Below the pieces are notes generated by a model. It worked only from the letters and a program-made list of their open reading frames with translations, was not told where the DNA came from and did no database searches. From Chitinophagaceae bacterium (GTDB lineage: Bacteria; Bacteroidota; Bacteroidia; Chitinophagales; Chitinophagaceae), in NCBI GenBank assembly GCA_049318705.1, contig JBMOFV010000009.1, positions 31,655-95,654 of the forward strand: a stretch of 64,000 nt of DNA. Direction: 5' to 3'. The position numbers and the translations under genes are program-made. Of the stretch, positions 9,744-19,174 are shown piece after piece; within the stretch, counting starts at the first letter, position 1; each line of letters begins with the position of its first letter.

Positions 9744-10147
9744 AGGTTATACTTAAAAGATGATTAAATGGGTCCATTGATTCATGGTTTACAACAAATA
9801 CAGAAATGTGCAGAACCATTCAATGGGTGCTAACGAATCTGTTTTTTGTATTCAACTTAATTCAATTGGGATGACAAGGTACGAAAAGGTGTGTAAATTT
9901 ATATGGCACATTTGTGTGGAAGATCAATTTGATGAGGATCTGAATCCAGAAAGAAGTAAAGAAGGTAAGAGGAGCAATGAGTTTAGTTGTTGAATCTTGC
10001 GGCATGTGTTGAAGTGTGCGACGCAATTGCGACGGGTATTGTGTCCGGCGATGATTTCAAAAAAAATTAAGCCGGCTAACAAAACTTCAACATGCTCCGT
10101 CCTAAACTGCAACGACTTTATTTTTTCATTGTTTAAACCCTTTTGTA

Positions 10148-12571
10148 ATGTTTCGAAAAATATTTTTATTCGCTGTGGTTTTCATGGTCTGTATGGCTGT
10201 TAAAGCGCAAAATCCTTGTGCCAATATCGCATTTAGTGCAAATCAAGTGGGCTCTTCCGTTAATTTTGTCACCACTGTTCCTGTTAATTTTTTGATTAAT
10301 AGTGTATCCTGGAATTTTGGAGATGGGGGCACTTCAACAATCCTGAATCCTTCACATACATATGCAAACTCTGGTGTTTATTTGCCCTGTTTGTCTATAA
10401 CTGGTTTTGTTCCGGGAACAACTACACCAATAACCTGTACGACATGTGATTCTATTTTGGTGAATAATCCCAGTGGCCCATGTAATGCTTCGTTCACATC
10501 AACCATGCTGAGTAGCAATTCCTTATCATTTACCAATACCTCCAGTGGGGCGGGAACATTATTAAGTACGGTTTGGAATTTTGGAGATGGGAATACTTCC
10601 AGTCAGGCTAATCCGATACATACATACACAAATAGCGGCTGGTATAATGTGTGTTTAACGATGACTTATTCGAGTTCATCGGGCGGGACGACTTCTTGTA
10701 ATTATTGTGATTCTGTATTTGTTCAATCCAGTACCTCATCACCTTGTGTGGCTGATTTTTCGTATAATTTCAGTAATTGTTCATACTTTTTTTCCAATAC
10801 CTCAACGGGTACAGGAACCTTGGTTTCCACGATGTGGAATTTTGGAGATGGGGGCACATCCAGTGCTACAAATCCTATTCATACTTATGCCGGATCAGGC
10901 GTTTATCCTGTTTGTTTGACAGTCGTATATGTGGATTCGGGATTAACGACAAGTTGCACCTATTGCGATACAATGTGGGTGAATTGCCAGGGTACGAGCG
11001 GACCATGTAACGCAGATTTTATTTATACGAGCAGCGGAACTTCGGCTTCATTTAACAATACATCAACTGGGTCTGGCACCTTGGTTTCATCAAGCTGGAA
11101 TTTTGGAGATGGTGGCACTTCTACTGCAACCAATCCGGTACATACATATACAAACCAGGGTTGGTATAATGTCTGTTTGAATGTGGTTTATATAGACAGT
11201 GGCGTCACTACAACTTGTACATATTGCGACAGCATTTTTGTTGGGGTTCCTGTGAATCCGTGTAATGCTGATTTTATGTTTGTTTATATGACGAATGGTG
11301 TCGTTAATTTTTTGAATACTTCATCCGGCTCAGGCAGTTTAACGGGTCTTTCATGGACCTTTGGAGATGGCGGCACATCTTCATTGATGAATCCTACACA
11401 TTCTTATAGTACTACAGGATGGTATAATGTTTGTCTAACCGTTACTTATACAAGTTCGGGCCAATCCACTACCTGTACCTATTGTGATTCTATTTTTGTT
11501 CAGGTAAATGGTGTGGGTCCTTGTAATGCGATGTATACCTACGGTAGTGGTGTTGGCAATGCGATTAATTTTACGAATACTTCAACAGGTGGAGGTATTG
11601 CAACTTCTGTTTTGTGGAATTTTGGAGATGGCAATATTTCTACATCCACGAATCCGTCCCATACATATGCCAATGCGGGGTGGTATAATGTATGTCTGAC
11701 TATGACTTACACCAACCTGGGAACTCAAAACACCTGCACCTATTGTGATAGCGTTTATGTACAAGGGGGTGGTTCAGGCCCTTGTAACGCGAATTTTAGT
11801 TCTCAATATTTGAGCAGTAATAATCTGGCATTTACGAACACATCAACGGGAAGTGGTGTGTTGACTTCTTCAAGTTGGACCTTTGGAGATGGCGGCACAT
11901 CCACTTCAACCAATCCAAGTCATACTTACGCGCAGGTAGGTTGGTATAATGTTTGTTTAACGGTGATGTACAGTTCAGCAACGGGTTCGCATACTTGTAC
12001 AACCTGTGATAGTGTTTATGTACAAAGTGTGGGCGGTGGAACAAGCGGAAATTGTTTTGCCAACGCTGCGTTTAATCAAACCATTTCCGGGAATACCGTT
12101 TCATTCAGTAATAGTAGTACCTGTAACCTTTGTACATCGGTCAGTTATATCTGGAATTTTGGAGATGCATCAGCACTTTCAACCGTGGTGAATCCAACGC
12201 ATACATACAATGCCGGTGGAAGTTATAATGTATGTTTGATTATTAATGGGGTTGATTCCAATCAACAAGTTTGTTCCGATACTTTGTGTAAACCCATCAA
12301 TGTAGGTTCATCTGCTTTAGATGAAGTGGAAGTTTCTCATTTAAACATCTACCCGAATCCGGCATCCGGAATGATTGAAATCAACATACCGACTTCTAAT
12401 CAGTTTCAGGTTCATATTCTGGATGTGAGTGGTCGCATTCAAAGCACAAAAAAATTCAATAATCATCAAGGACCCGTGCAGATGCCGGTGGATCATTTTG
12501 CATCCGGATTGTATTTTATACGGGCCGAAAGTGATGGCCAAAAGTGGCATGGTAGTTTTATCAAAAAATAG
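10148..12571 (+). CDS. Secreted protein with eight Cys-containing PKD-like repeats and a T9SS (type A) C-terminal sorting domain
   Basis: Signal peptide MFRKIFLFAVVFMVCMAVKAQ. Eight units of the form PCNA.F...W(N/T)FGDGGTS...NP.HTY...G.YNVCLT...TC.YCDS. The C-terminus LNIYPNPASGMIEINIP...GLYFIRAESDGQKWHGSFIKK is a typical T9SS CTD. Confidence 0.85.
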   Translation: MFRKIFLFAVVFMVCMAVKAQNPCANIAFSANQVGSSVNFVTTVPVNFLINSVSWNFGDGGTSTILNPSHTYANSGVYLPCLSITGFVPGTTTPITCTTCDSILVNNPSGPCNASFTSTMLSSNSLSFTNTSSGAGTLLSTVWNFGDGNTSSQANPIHTYTNSGWYNVCLTMTYSSSSGGTTSCNYCDSVFVQSSTSSPCVADFSYNFSNCSYFFSNTSTGTGTLVSTMWNFGDGGTSSATNPIHTYAGSGVYPVCLTVVYVDSGLTTSCTYCDTMWVNCQGTSGPCNADFIYTSSGTSASFNNTSTGSGTLVSSSWNFGDGGTSTATNPVHTYTNQGWYNVCLNVVYIDSGVTTTCTYCDSIFVGVPVNPCNADFMFVYMTNGVVNFLNTSSGSGSLTGLSWTFGDGGTSSLMNPTHSYSTTGWYNVCLTVTYTSSGQSTTCTYCDSIFVQVNGVGPCNAMYTYGSGVGNAINFTNTSTGGGIATSVLWNFGDGNISTSTNPSHTYANAGWYNVCLTMTYTNLGTQNTCTYCDSVYVQGGGSGPCNANFSSQYLSSNNLAFTNTSTGSGVLTSSSWTFGDGGTSTSTNPSHTYAQVGWYNVCLTVMYSSATGSHTCTTCDSVYVQSVGGGTSGNCFANAAFNQTISGNTVSFSNSSTCNLCTSVSYIWNFGDASALSTVVNPTHTYNAGGSYNVCLIINGVDSNQQVCSDTLCKPINVGSSALDEVEVSHLNIYPNPASGMIEINIPTSNQFQVHILDVSGRIQSTKKFNNHQGPVQMPVDHFASGLYFIRAESDGQKWHGSFIKK
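10310..12230 (+). repeat. In-frame tandem array of eight ~261-bp (87-codon) PKD repeat units
   Basis: The core TGGAATTTTGGAGATGG (or TGGACCTTTGGAGATGG) recurs at 10310, 10574, 10835, 11096, 11354, 11615, 11876 and 12152. Spacings are 258-276 bp, mostly 261. Confidence 0.85.
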
Positions 12572-12601
12572 AATTGTTCATAGTTCATACTCCCCCCGAA
12601 G

Positions 12602-12630
12602 ACCGTCTCCATGTGAGGCGGTTTTCATTT
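12602..12630 (+). terminator. Rho-independent terminator candidate after the PKD gene
   Basis: ACCGTCTC-catgt-GAGGCGGT hairpin (one G-U pair) followed by TTTCATTT. Confidence 0.5.
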
Positions 12631-12732
12631 CTGGAGAACTTGTATGTTTAAAATTTCTTTCATCACATCATTCTCAAATGATTTGATCACCCAGGTATAA
12701 TGGCGATTGTATTGCAATATAGTCGCCCGATT

Positions 12733-13095
12733 TTAAATGATTTCTATTTTTACCCGGCATAATCCATTACCGAAAAAGCCGAGAGCTTTAGCGGCTGCTG
12801 CGCTCAAATCGATGAGGCGTTTATTGCGGGCATTCATCCGGTCGTTGATCACCACCTCTACCATCTTGCCATTCTTCAAATTAGTGACTCGCACGCGTGT
12901 GCCTAGTTTTAGAAAATTATTCGCGGCGGTTAAAGCCTCATTGCTGAATTTCTCTCCGATGGCCGTTCTTCGACCATTAAATTTTGCGTTATAATAACTG
13001 GCAACTCCTTCCCAAACACTTTTTTGAAGAACAGGGGTTTGAGCAGAAATTAAAAATGGAAACAGACTTAAACAAATGAGCAGGTATTTCCACAT
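12733..13095 (-). CDS. RlpA-like (septal ring lytic transglycosylase family, DPBB domain) lipoprotein, copy 1
   Basis: GVASYYNAKFNGRRTAIGEKFSNEALTAANNFLKLGTRVRVTNLKNGKMVEVVINDRMN...RLIDLSAAAAKALG. Start chosen at the ATG at 13095, which gives signal peptide MWKYLLICLSLFPFLISAQ. The longest ORF runs to 13167. Confidence 0.8.
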   Translation of the reverse strand: MWKYLLICLSLFPFLISAQTPVLQKSVWEGVASYYNAKFNGRRTAIGEKFSNEALTAANNFLKLGTRVRVTNLKNGKMVEVVINDRMNARNKRLIDLSAAAAKALGFFGNGLCRVKIEII

Positions 13096-13138
13096 GGCTT
13101 CAAAGTTTTTAATCTGGTAAAAATAGCCCGATAATAAA

Positions 13139-13549
13139 TTAGCGCGTAGAAATATAATCTGTTTCACCCGGAAACACTTCCATCTCTACTTCACCAATGC
13201 CTTGTTGAATGAGTCCGAGTTTTTCGGCAGCAGCTTGCGAAAGGTCAATCAGGCGTTTGTTTTTTGCATTCATGCGGTCATTGATTTTAACGACAACACT
13301 TTTGCCATTCTTCGGATTCACGATACGTACTAAAGTTCCCAGTTTTAAAAAATTATTGGCAGCGGTTAATTTGGTGTTGGAAAAAATTTCACCGGTGCTT
13401 GTTTTACGGCCATTAAATTTGGGGTGATAATAACTGGCAATGCCTTGCCAACGTTGTTGACTCACTTTTTTAAATTGAGCCATTGTGAACTGACCTACTA
13501 AACTTAAGACAAGCACAAAAACGATTATTGAAATTCTACGTAAAACCAT
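13139..13549 (-). CDS. RlpA-like (DPBB domain) lipoprotein, copy 2 (tandem paralog)
   Basis: GIASYYHPKFNGRKTSTGEIFSNTKLTAANNFLKLGTLVRIVNPKNGKSVVVKINDRMN...RLIDLSQAAAEKLG. Start chosen at 13549 (MVLRRISIIVFVLVLSLVGQFTMAQ). The longest ORF runs to 13585. Confidence 0.8.
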   Translation of the reverse strand: MVLRRISIIVFVLVLSLVGQFTMAQFKKVSQQRWQGIASYYHPKFNGRKTSTGEIFSNTKLTAANNFLKLGTLVRIVNPKNGKSVVVKINDRMNAKNKRLIDLSQAAAEKLGLIQQGIGEVEMEVFPGETDYISTR

Positions 13550-13646
13550 AAACTTAAAATTGGGAGGGCGAAGGTAAAGTTTCACTTCTCCGAATTGGGG
13601 CGTTTAGGCTTTTGTAAACATAATAAGATGTTAGGCGAGGCTTTTT

Positions 13647-14654
13647 TTACCAGATGTTAACTTCCCGCTCTAATGAGATGTTAAATGCCTGTTGTACAGA
13701 TGTTATGATTTTCTCGGAGAGCGCGTAAATATCCATTCCATTGGCTTGATCATAGTTTACCAATACCAGCGCCTGATGGGGGTGAACACCGGCATCGCCT
13801 TCGCGAAAACCTTTCCAGCCACATTGTTCGATGAGCCAGGCGGCCGGAATTTTGACACCATCTTGTGTCGGAAAAGATGGGATATCGGGATGTGTCTTTT
13901 GTAAGGATAGAAATAAACTTTCCGGAATAACCGGATTTTTAAAAAAGCTACCAGCATTCCCGATTATAAGAGGATCAGGCAATTTACTTTTTCTGATAGC
14001 AATAACCACTTCAGCAACATCTCGTATATCTGGATTCAGGATTCCTTGACTATCCAGGGCTGACTGTATTCCCCCATAGGAGGTATTTAAAGTGGGATGC
14101 AGACTTAAACGAAGTGTGATGGAAAGAATAAAATATTTTCCTTTGGCATTTTGTTTAAAGATACTATCGCGATAGGAAAAGTGACAATCATCGGCATACA
14201 TGATTTCGATTTGCTGGCTCTCAAGATGAAAAGCTTCCAATGAGTCAAACACATCTTTTAATTCAACGCCATAAGCACCAATATTTTGTATCGGAGCGGC
14301 TCCGCAGGTTCCGGGAATGAGCGATAAATTTTCCAGTCCGCCAAAACCCTGATTTACACACCACTGAACAGCTTCATGCCAATTTTCGCCGGAGGCAAAT
14401 CGTACCCACACATGTTCATCGTCCCGACGAACAATGCTTTTACCGCTTAATTGATTAATCAGACAGACGGCATCGATATTTTTCGTCATCAGGATATTAC
14501 TTCCGCCACCGATAATTCGAATTTCATGAGGCTGATGTGTTTGAAGGGCCGATTTCAAATCTTCCGCTGAAGCTATCCTGATTACTTTTCGGGCTTGTAC
14601 GTCCATGCCAAAAGTATTGTAGGGGCGCAGTGAGGTATTTTCCTGGTACGGCAT
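13647..14654 (-). CDS. murB: UDP-N-acetylenolpyruvoylglucosamine reductase
   Basis: 335 aa. LRPYNTFGMDVQA...IIGGGSNILMT...GLENLSLIPGTCGAAPIQNIGAYGVE...GNAGSFFKNP...AAWLIEQCGWKG, the MurB pattern. Confidence 0.9.
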   Translation of the reverse strand: MPYQENTSLRPYNTFGMDVQARKVIRIASAEDLKSALQTHQPHEIRIIGGGSNILMTKNIDAVCLINQLSGKSIVRRDDEHVWVRFASGENWHEAVQWCVNQGFGGLENLSLIPGTCGAAPIQNIGAYGVELKDVFDSLEAFHLESQQIEIMYADDCHFSYRDSIFKQNAKGKYFILSITLRLSLHPTLNTSYGGIQSALDSQGILNPDIRDVAEVVIAIRKSKLPDPLIIGNAGSFFKNPVIPESLFLSLQKTHPDIPSFPTQDGVKIPAAWLIEQCGWKGFREGDAGVHPHQALVLVNYDQANGMDIYALSEKIITSVQQAFNISLEREVNIW

Positions 14655-14865
14655 GCGACAAATGTAATATCATTTTCAGGCAAATTTTGTAGTTGAGGAG
14701 ATCGTACGATGTCGATTTAATTTCGCATTCATTTTCAAAGGGACCATTTATCTAAAAAATGGATCTTGTTCATTTGGCCTTGTAGATTTATTAAATAGCG
14801 GATGGAAACCCCATATACTCCCACAAGCAATAAAATCGTACTTCCTTACTTATCTTTATGCCCTC

Positions 14866-16074
14866 TTGAAGATCTACCAACATATTCCATTTTTGAAAGC
14901 TGTGCTCCGCTATTCACTGACGGCTTTTGGCGGCCCGCAAGGGCATATGGGAATGATGTTAAAAACATTTGCGGAGAAACGTAAAGATGTGACTGAAGCT
15001 GAACTGATGGATTTTATGTCCTTTTGCCAAATGCTGCCCGGTCCTTCATCTACACAAACGATTACCCTCATTGGTTATAAAAGGGGTGGAGTCGTATTGG
15101 CGCTCATGACGCTTTTGATTTGGGTATTACCTGCGGCAGCGATGATGGGGGGGCTTGCGTTCTTGGTACATTATTTTGATATCAAAACCATCCAAACGAA
15201 TCTGTTTAAATTCATCCAACCTATGGCGGTCGGATTCTTAATGTATGCGGCCTACAAAGCTATGCGCATTAGCATCAAACATAAAGCCACCTGGATGATG
15301 ATGGGGGTCGCCTTACTGGCTACAATCATCATTCGTTCACCATGGGTTTTTCCTGCTTTGATACTGGCCGGGGGGATTGCTTCTAATTTTAGCGATAAAC
15401 GAATTCCGGATGTTTATGTGAAGCCCAAACCAGTTAAGTGGGTAAATATCTGGTGGTTTATTATTGTATTTGTTATTGCCGGGGTGCTTTCGGAGTTAGC
15501 CCGTATCAATCATTGGCCATTTGCACGGGGTTATAATTTGTTTGAAAATTTTTACCGATTCGGAAGCATCGTATTTGGTGGTGGGCATGCCCTCATACCA
15601 ATGATGTACGAGCAGTTTGTGGTACGGCCGGAAATTCTTCATTTAAAAGAATATCTGACCCCTTCTGAATTTTTGACGGGTGCGGGTATGGTGAATGCAT
15701 TGCCCGGGCCGGTTTTTTCGATTTGCACTTATGTAGGAGCTTTAAGTCTTAGTTCCTATGGTTGGTATGGCTTATTGGCGGGTTCATTGATTGCAACAGC
15801 CGGGGTTTTTTTGCCGAGTGTTTTATTGCTGTTTTTCTTTTTTCCCATTTATCATAATCTCAAACAATACACGGTCATTTATCGTGCCTTGGAAGGAATT
15901 CATGCTGTGATTGTTGGAATCATGTGGGCTTCAGGTGCACTTTTATTTCACTCCCTGCCTTTTGATTGGTCGAATCTCATCGTTATAGCCATCACATTTA
16001 GTTTGCTGATGTATTCCAAAATTCCGGCGCCACTGATTGTTTTAGGGTGGCTTTTATTGGGTTGGGCCTTGTAA
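14866..16074 (+). CDS. chrA: Chromate transporter (CHR family, two-domain form)
   Basis: FLKAVLRYSLTAFGGPQGHMGMM...FCQMLPGPSSTQ in the N-terminal half and FGGGHALIPMM...GAGMVNALPGPVFS in the second half; polytopic membrane protein. Apparent TTG start at 14866. Confidence 0.8.
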   Translation: MKIYQHIPFLKAVLRYSLTAFGGPQGHMGMMLKTFAEKRKDVTEAELMDFMSFCQMLPGPSSTQTITLIGYKRGGVVLALMTLLIWVLPAAAMMGGLAFLVHYFDIKTIQTNLFKFIQPMAVGFLMYAAYKAMRISIKHKATWMMMGVALLATIIIRSPWVFPALILAGGIASNFSDKRIPDVYVKPKPVKWVNIWWFIIVFVIAGVLSELARINHWPFARGYNLFENFYRFGSIVFGGGHALIPMMYEQFVVRPEILHLKEYLTPSEFLTGAGMVNALPGPVFSICTYVGALSLSSYGWYGLLAGSLIATAGVFLPSVLLLFFFFPIYHNLKQYTVIYRALEGIHAVIVGIMWASGALLFHSLPFDWSNLIVIAITFSLLMYSKIPAPLIVLGWLLLGWAL

Positions 16075-16111
16075 TAAAAATATTAAAGCTATTACTTGAC
16101 ATGCCTAATTG

Positions 16112-16347
16112 GGGGCTTCTGAATAACGCTCAAAATAAGTGGTGATGGGTATTCAAGCGAAATTTTAGAAACTCTCATGCACAATTTTTAAAAACCTATT
16201 TCCAAAAAGCATTCATTAGAGACTCAGAATCTTTCGCTACTCAGAAATACTGCATCTTCTGCTTTGCGGGCAAATCGCAGTATAACAATACAGCTTCATT
16301 ACCTGCGCCTTGAATCTACAGCATTACTGAGTTATTCAGGAGCCCCC
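16112..16347. mobile_element. Family-1 inverted-repeat (MITE/ERIC-like) element, minimal 236-bp copy
   Basis: Termini GGGGCTTCTGAATAAC ... GTTATTCAGGAGCCCCC. Flanked by a perfect 5-bp direct repeat AATTG (16107-16111 and 16348-16352). Homologous along its whole length to the copies at 19003 and 28182. Confidence 0.7.
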
Positions 16348-16469
16348 AATTGTTGGTTGTAATATTTGTTCCATTTTTCACCGAGGCAACTGTGATCAGC
16401 TTTAATCAAAAGGATCATTGAAAATTCTTGATGATTGGAGTCCCTTCATTTGATTCGAAAAATATGGGC

Positions 16470-16516
16470 AAAAAAAATCCGGCTTGAGTGTACAAGGGAT
16501 GAACAAACAAGCCGGA
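16470..16516 (-). terminator. Rho-independent terminator of the BNR-repeat gene
   Basis: The minus strand reads TCCGGCTTG-21 nt loop-CAAGCCGGA followed by T8, about 30 nt after the stop codon. Confidence 0.75.
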
Positions 16517-16545
16517 CGATCAATAAAAATCTGAGGACGCTTCAA

Positions 16546-18327
16546 TTATTTGGTAATCAACCTCGAGAAACGGACACCTTCCTTCGTAAGAATTTCCAGC
16601 ATATAATTTCCTTTGGCCAAATCAGGTAAGTTTAAATCAGATTTGGATTCACCTTTTTCGATTTTGATTTTTTGGTTCATAATTTGCTTGCCATCCAAAC
16701 TAATCAGTTGCACGTCTAATTCATCAGCCTGAACGCTTTTAAACGATAAGGTCAGGGTGCGATCAGCAGGGACAGGATAAACTGCAGTTAATTCTATACC
16801 GGCATTCAGTGGAGATATTTCGGTGATGGCAGTTGGCCATTCAGTGGTAACACTCACATACATTTTAGGACCTGTGCTACCACGGCCATCTGCCCAGATA
16901 TTGTAGATTTTAGAATCATTTCGAACCGAATTAAAATAATCACCAAACCATTTTCCCGTATTACTACTAGCTCCAAAATTGGTTGTTTGGGTGGTGATTT
17001 TTTTAGGTGCCCCGAAATTTGCACCATTGTTGGTGGATGTCTTAAAATAATAATCCGAAACTTTATTCACATCAATCACATAAGATCCAATCGTTACTTT
17101 TTTATTATGACAAGAGACAACGGGCATTAAAAATTTATTGCCGTTATGGGTGAGCAATAAAGGAGTGCTCCAGGTATTCCCTCCATCGGTGGAACGAGCG
17201 TAGTAAGAATTAAAATCAGGGCCGGCGCTTACCGGAAAATCACTCCAAACCAAATGCAGAATATCATCTCCATCGATGGACAAATTTGGTGTTCCGTTTT
17301 CACGGTCATGGATATAACCATTTCCCTGAGCCCCGAAAAGATTGGTGCCGTTATAAATCTGATGAGCCGCTGAATACGTGGTTCCGCCATTGGTAGAAAC
17401 TTTATGGTAAATGGTATTGGTATTCAAATCGGAATAGGTTACGTGCAGGTTTCCACTCTTGTCAACCACTAAGTTGCCAAATTGTGTTTCACCACTTACC
17501 ACCTGAAACCGGGCCGGCGCAAATCCATTGGAGGCGCTGGCTTTTTTCTTGACGGTAGTACCAACTAATGTGGGTGGTTCTGCAGAAGAAGGGAAATAGA
17601 TAAAAGAACAATACAAGCTATTGGCATTTGTGCCATTAGAATAGTCCATGGCAAACCATTGGCGATCATAAAAACCTTCGGAATTTGGATATGGTTCGAA
17701 GGTGAGTACATTTAGTGCGCAACGACCAATATAGCGGTCAGCGCCGGAAGCAACATTCCATGTGGCTCCATTGTCATTAGAACTCGCTAAATACATACAA
17801 GCATAAGCGGTATCAGGGGTGGCTTGAGAAAAAGCCAGATATATCCAGGAAAACCAGAGCTTGCCGTTTTTGTCGTACGCAAAAATCGGATCGCCGCCTC
17901 CGGCCACAAGCGTTCCAGCGCCAAAATCCTGCAACAAATAAGTGAGTGCATTAAAAGTACTGAGGTTCCAGTTTTGGCCACCATTGTTGCTATAATACAC
18001 CGGAAAGCTCAAGCCTGTTGAGGAATTGTCCATATAACTCAAAACCATCCGATTGTTGTTATTGGGATCCATGGCGATATGCGCTTCTCCTTCTTCTACT
18101 GCGGGGCTGCTACTGTTGCTGACTTTTAATTCCTGACTGGAGCGCGTTTTTTTATCAAAATAGCGGGCTTCGAAGGAGGCAATGGCATCTTCGACCGGAA
18201 CAGGAGTCCGAAATTTTTCTTTTTTCAGATGTTCGATCATACGTTCTTTCATGGAACTTCCCTGCTGAGCATGCGCAGCCATGAGGGTACAAATGCTAAT
18301 GAGGAAACAAAAGGTAGTTTTCAACAT
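16546..18327 (-). CDS. BNR/Asp-box repeat (sialidase-like beta-propeller) protein with T9SS C-terminal sorting domain
   Basis: Signal peptide MLKTTFCFLISICTLMAAHAQ. Asp-box-like motifs SNNGGQNW, SNDNGATW, STNGGTTY, STDGGNTWS, STNNGANF. C-terminal VYPVPADRTLTLSF...GNYMLEILTKEGVRFSRLITK. Confidence 0.75.
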   Translation of the reverse strand: MLKTTFCFLISICTLMAAHAQQGSSMKERMIEHLKKEKFRTPVPVEDAIASFEARYFDKKTRSSQELKVSNSSSPAVEEGEAHIAMDPNNNNRMVLSYMDNSSTGLSFPVYYSNNGGQNWNLSTFNALTYLLQDFGAGTLVAGGGDPIFAYDKNGKLWFSWIYLAFSQATPDTAYACMYLASSNDNGATWNVASGADRYIGRCALNVLTFEPYPNSEGFYDRQWFAMDYSNGTNANSLYCSFIYFPSSAEPPTLVGTTVKKKASASNGFAPARFQVVSGETQFGNLVVDKSGNLHVTYSDLNTNTIYHKVSTNGGTTYSAAHQIYNGTNLFGAQGNGYIHDRENGTPNLSIDGDDILHLVWSDFPVSAGPDFNSYYARSTDGGNTWSTPLLLTHNGNKFLMPVVSCHNKKVTIGSYVIDVNKVSDYYFKTSTNNGANFGAPKKITTQTTNFGASSNTGKWFGDYFNSVRNDSKIYNIWADGRGSTGPKMYVSVTTEWPTAITEISPLNAGIELTAVYPVPADRTLTLSFKSVQADELDVQLISLDGKQIMNQKIKIEKGESKSDLNLPDLAKGNYMLEILTKEGVRFSRLITK

Positions 18328-18377
18328 AATTTTATTTTTAGGAAAGACGAAAATAAGGACTCAAAAGTTAAGGCTCC

Positions 18378-18986
18378 TTAAAGGTTTTCAAATAGCGATA
18401 AAGAGGCGTTATTCAAAAGTTTGAACGATTTTCGGTGAAATGGTGATGGGCCGAATTCCATGATTCCTTTTCGATGGCTCAATGTTCCGTACCCTTTATT
18501 TTTATTCCATCCGTATTGCGGGAATTGATGATGAAGTTCCATCATGTATTGATCGCGGGTGGTTTTTGCCAAAACGCTTGCCGCCGCAATGGAGGCGTAC
18601 AGACTATCTCCTTTGATGATGCAGGTATGAGGTATGTTCGGATAGGGGATGAATCGGTTACCATCAATGATCAGGTATTTGGGCTTCAACGCCAATGCAT
18701 CAATCGCCAGGTGCATGGCTTTGATTGAGGCTTTCAGGATGTTGATCCGATCAATTTCTTCATGATCAACCATTGCAATACCATAAGCAAGAGCTTCTTT
18801 TAAAATCACGCCTCTTAATTCCTCCCTCACGGATTCTTTCAATGTTTTGGAATCGTTGAGTAAAGGGTGGTAAAATTTTTTTGGCAAAATAACAGCCGCC
18901 GCACAAACAGGCCCGGAAAGACAACCCCGTCCGGCCTCGTCGCAACCCGCTTCAAGGAGTTTGTTCTGGTAATATGGCTGTAACAT
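18378..18986 (-). CDS. rnhB: Ribonuclease HII
   Basis: 202 aa. EAGCDEAGRGCLSGPVCAAAVILP...DSK.L...IIDGN...KGDS.Y.SIAAASVLAKTTRD, the RNase HII pattern. Confidence 0.9.
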   Translation of the reverse strand: MLQPYYQNKLLEAGCDEAGRGCLSGPVCAAAVILPKKFYHPLLNDSKTLKESVREELRGVILKEALAYGIAMVDHEEIDRINILKASIKAMHLAIDALALKPKYLIIDGNRFIPYPNIPHTCIIKGDSLYASIAAASVLAKTTRDQYMMELHHQFPQYGWNKNKGYGTLSHRKGIMEFGPSPFHRKSFKLLNNASLSLFENL

Positions 18987-19021
18987 TTTGTAAAATTAGT
19001 TAGGGGCTCCTGAATAACGCT

Positions 19022-19053
19022 CAAAATTAGTTTTGATGGGTATTCAAGCCAAA
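19022..19053 (-). promoter_or_regulatory. Outward-facing consensus promoter inside the family-1 element, aimed at rnhB
   Basis: The minus strand reads TTTG (19053-19050), a 20-nt spacer, then TAATTTTG (19029-19022), followed by 35 nt and the rnhB ATG at 18986. This matches the Bacteroidota -33 TTTG / -7 TAnnTTTG architecture. Confidence 0.5.
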
Positions 19054-19174
19054 TTTTAGACGCCTTCGTGCACACTTTTTTAAGGCGAATTACTGAAAAG
19101 TGTTCACTTGAAATACATCATTATCGCTACTCAGAAATACTGCATCTTCTTCGTTGCTGGCAAATCGCAGTATA

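Noticed and set aside
10290-12230. Regularly spaced exact repeats that could be mistaken for a CRISPR-like or satellite array
   Set aside because: The period is ~261 bp, all units are in frame inside one long ORF, and they translate to PKD domains. This is a coding tandem repeat, not a CRISPR array.
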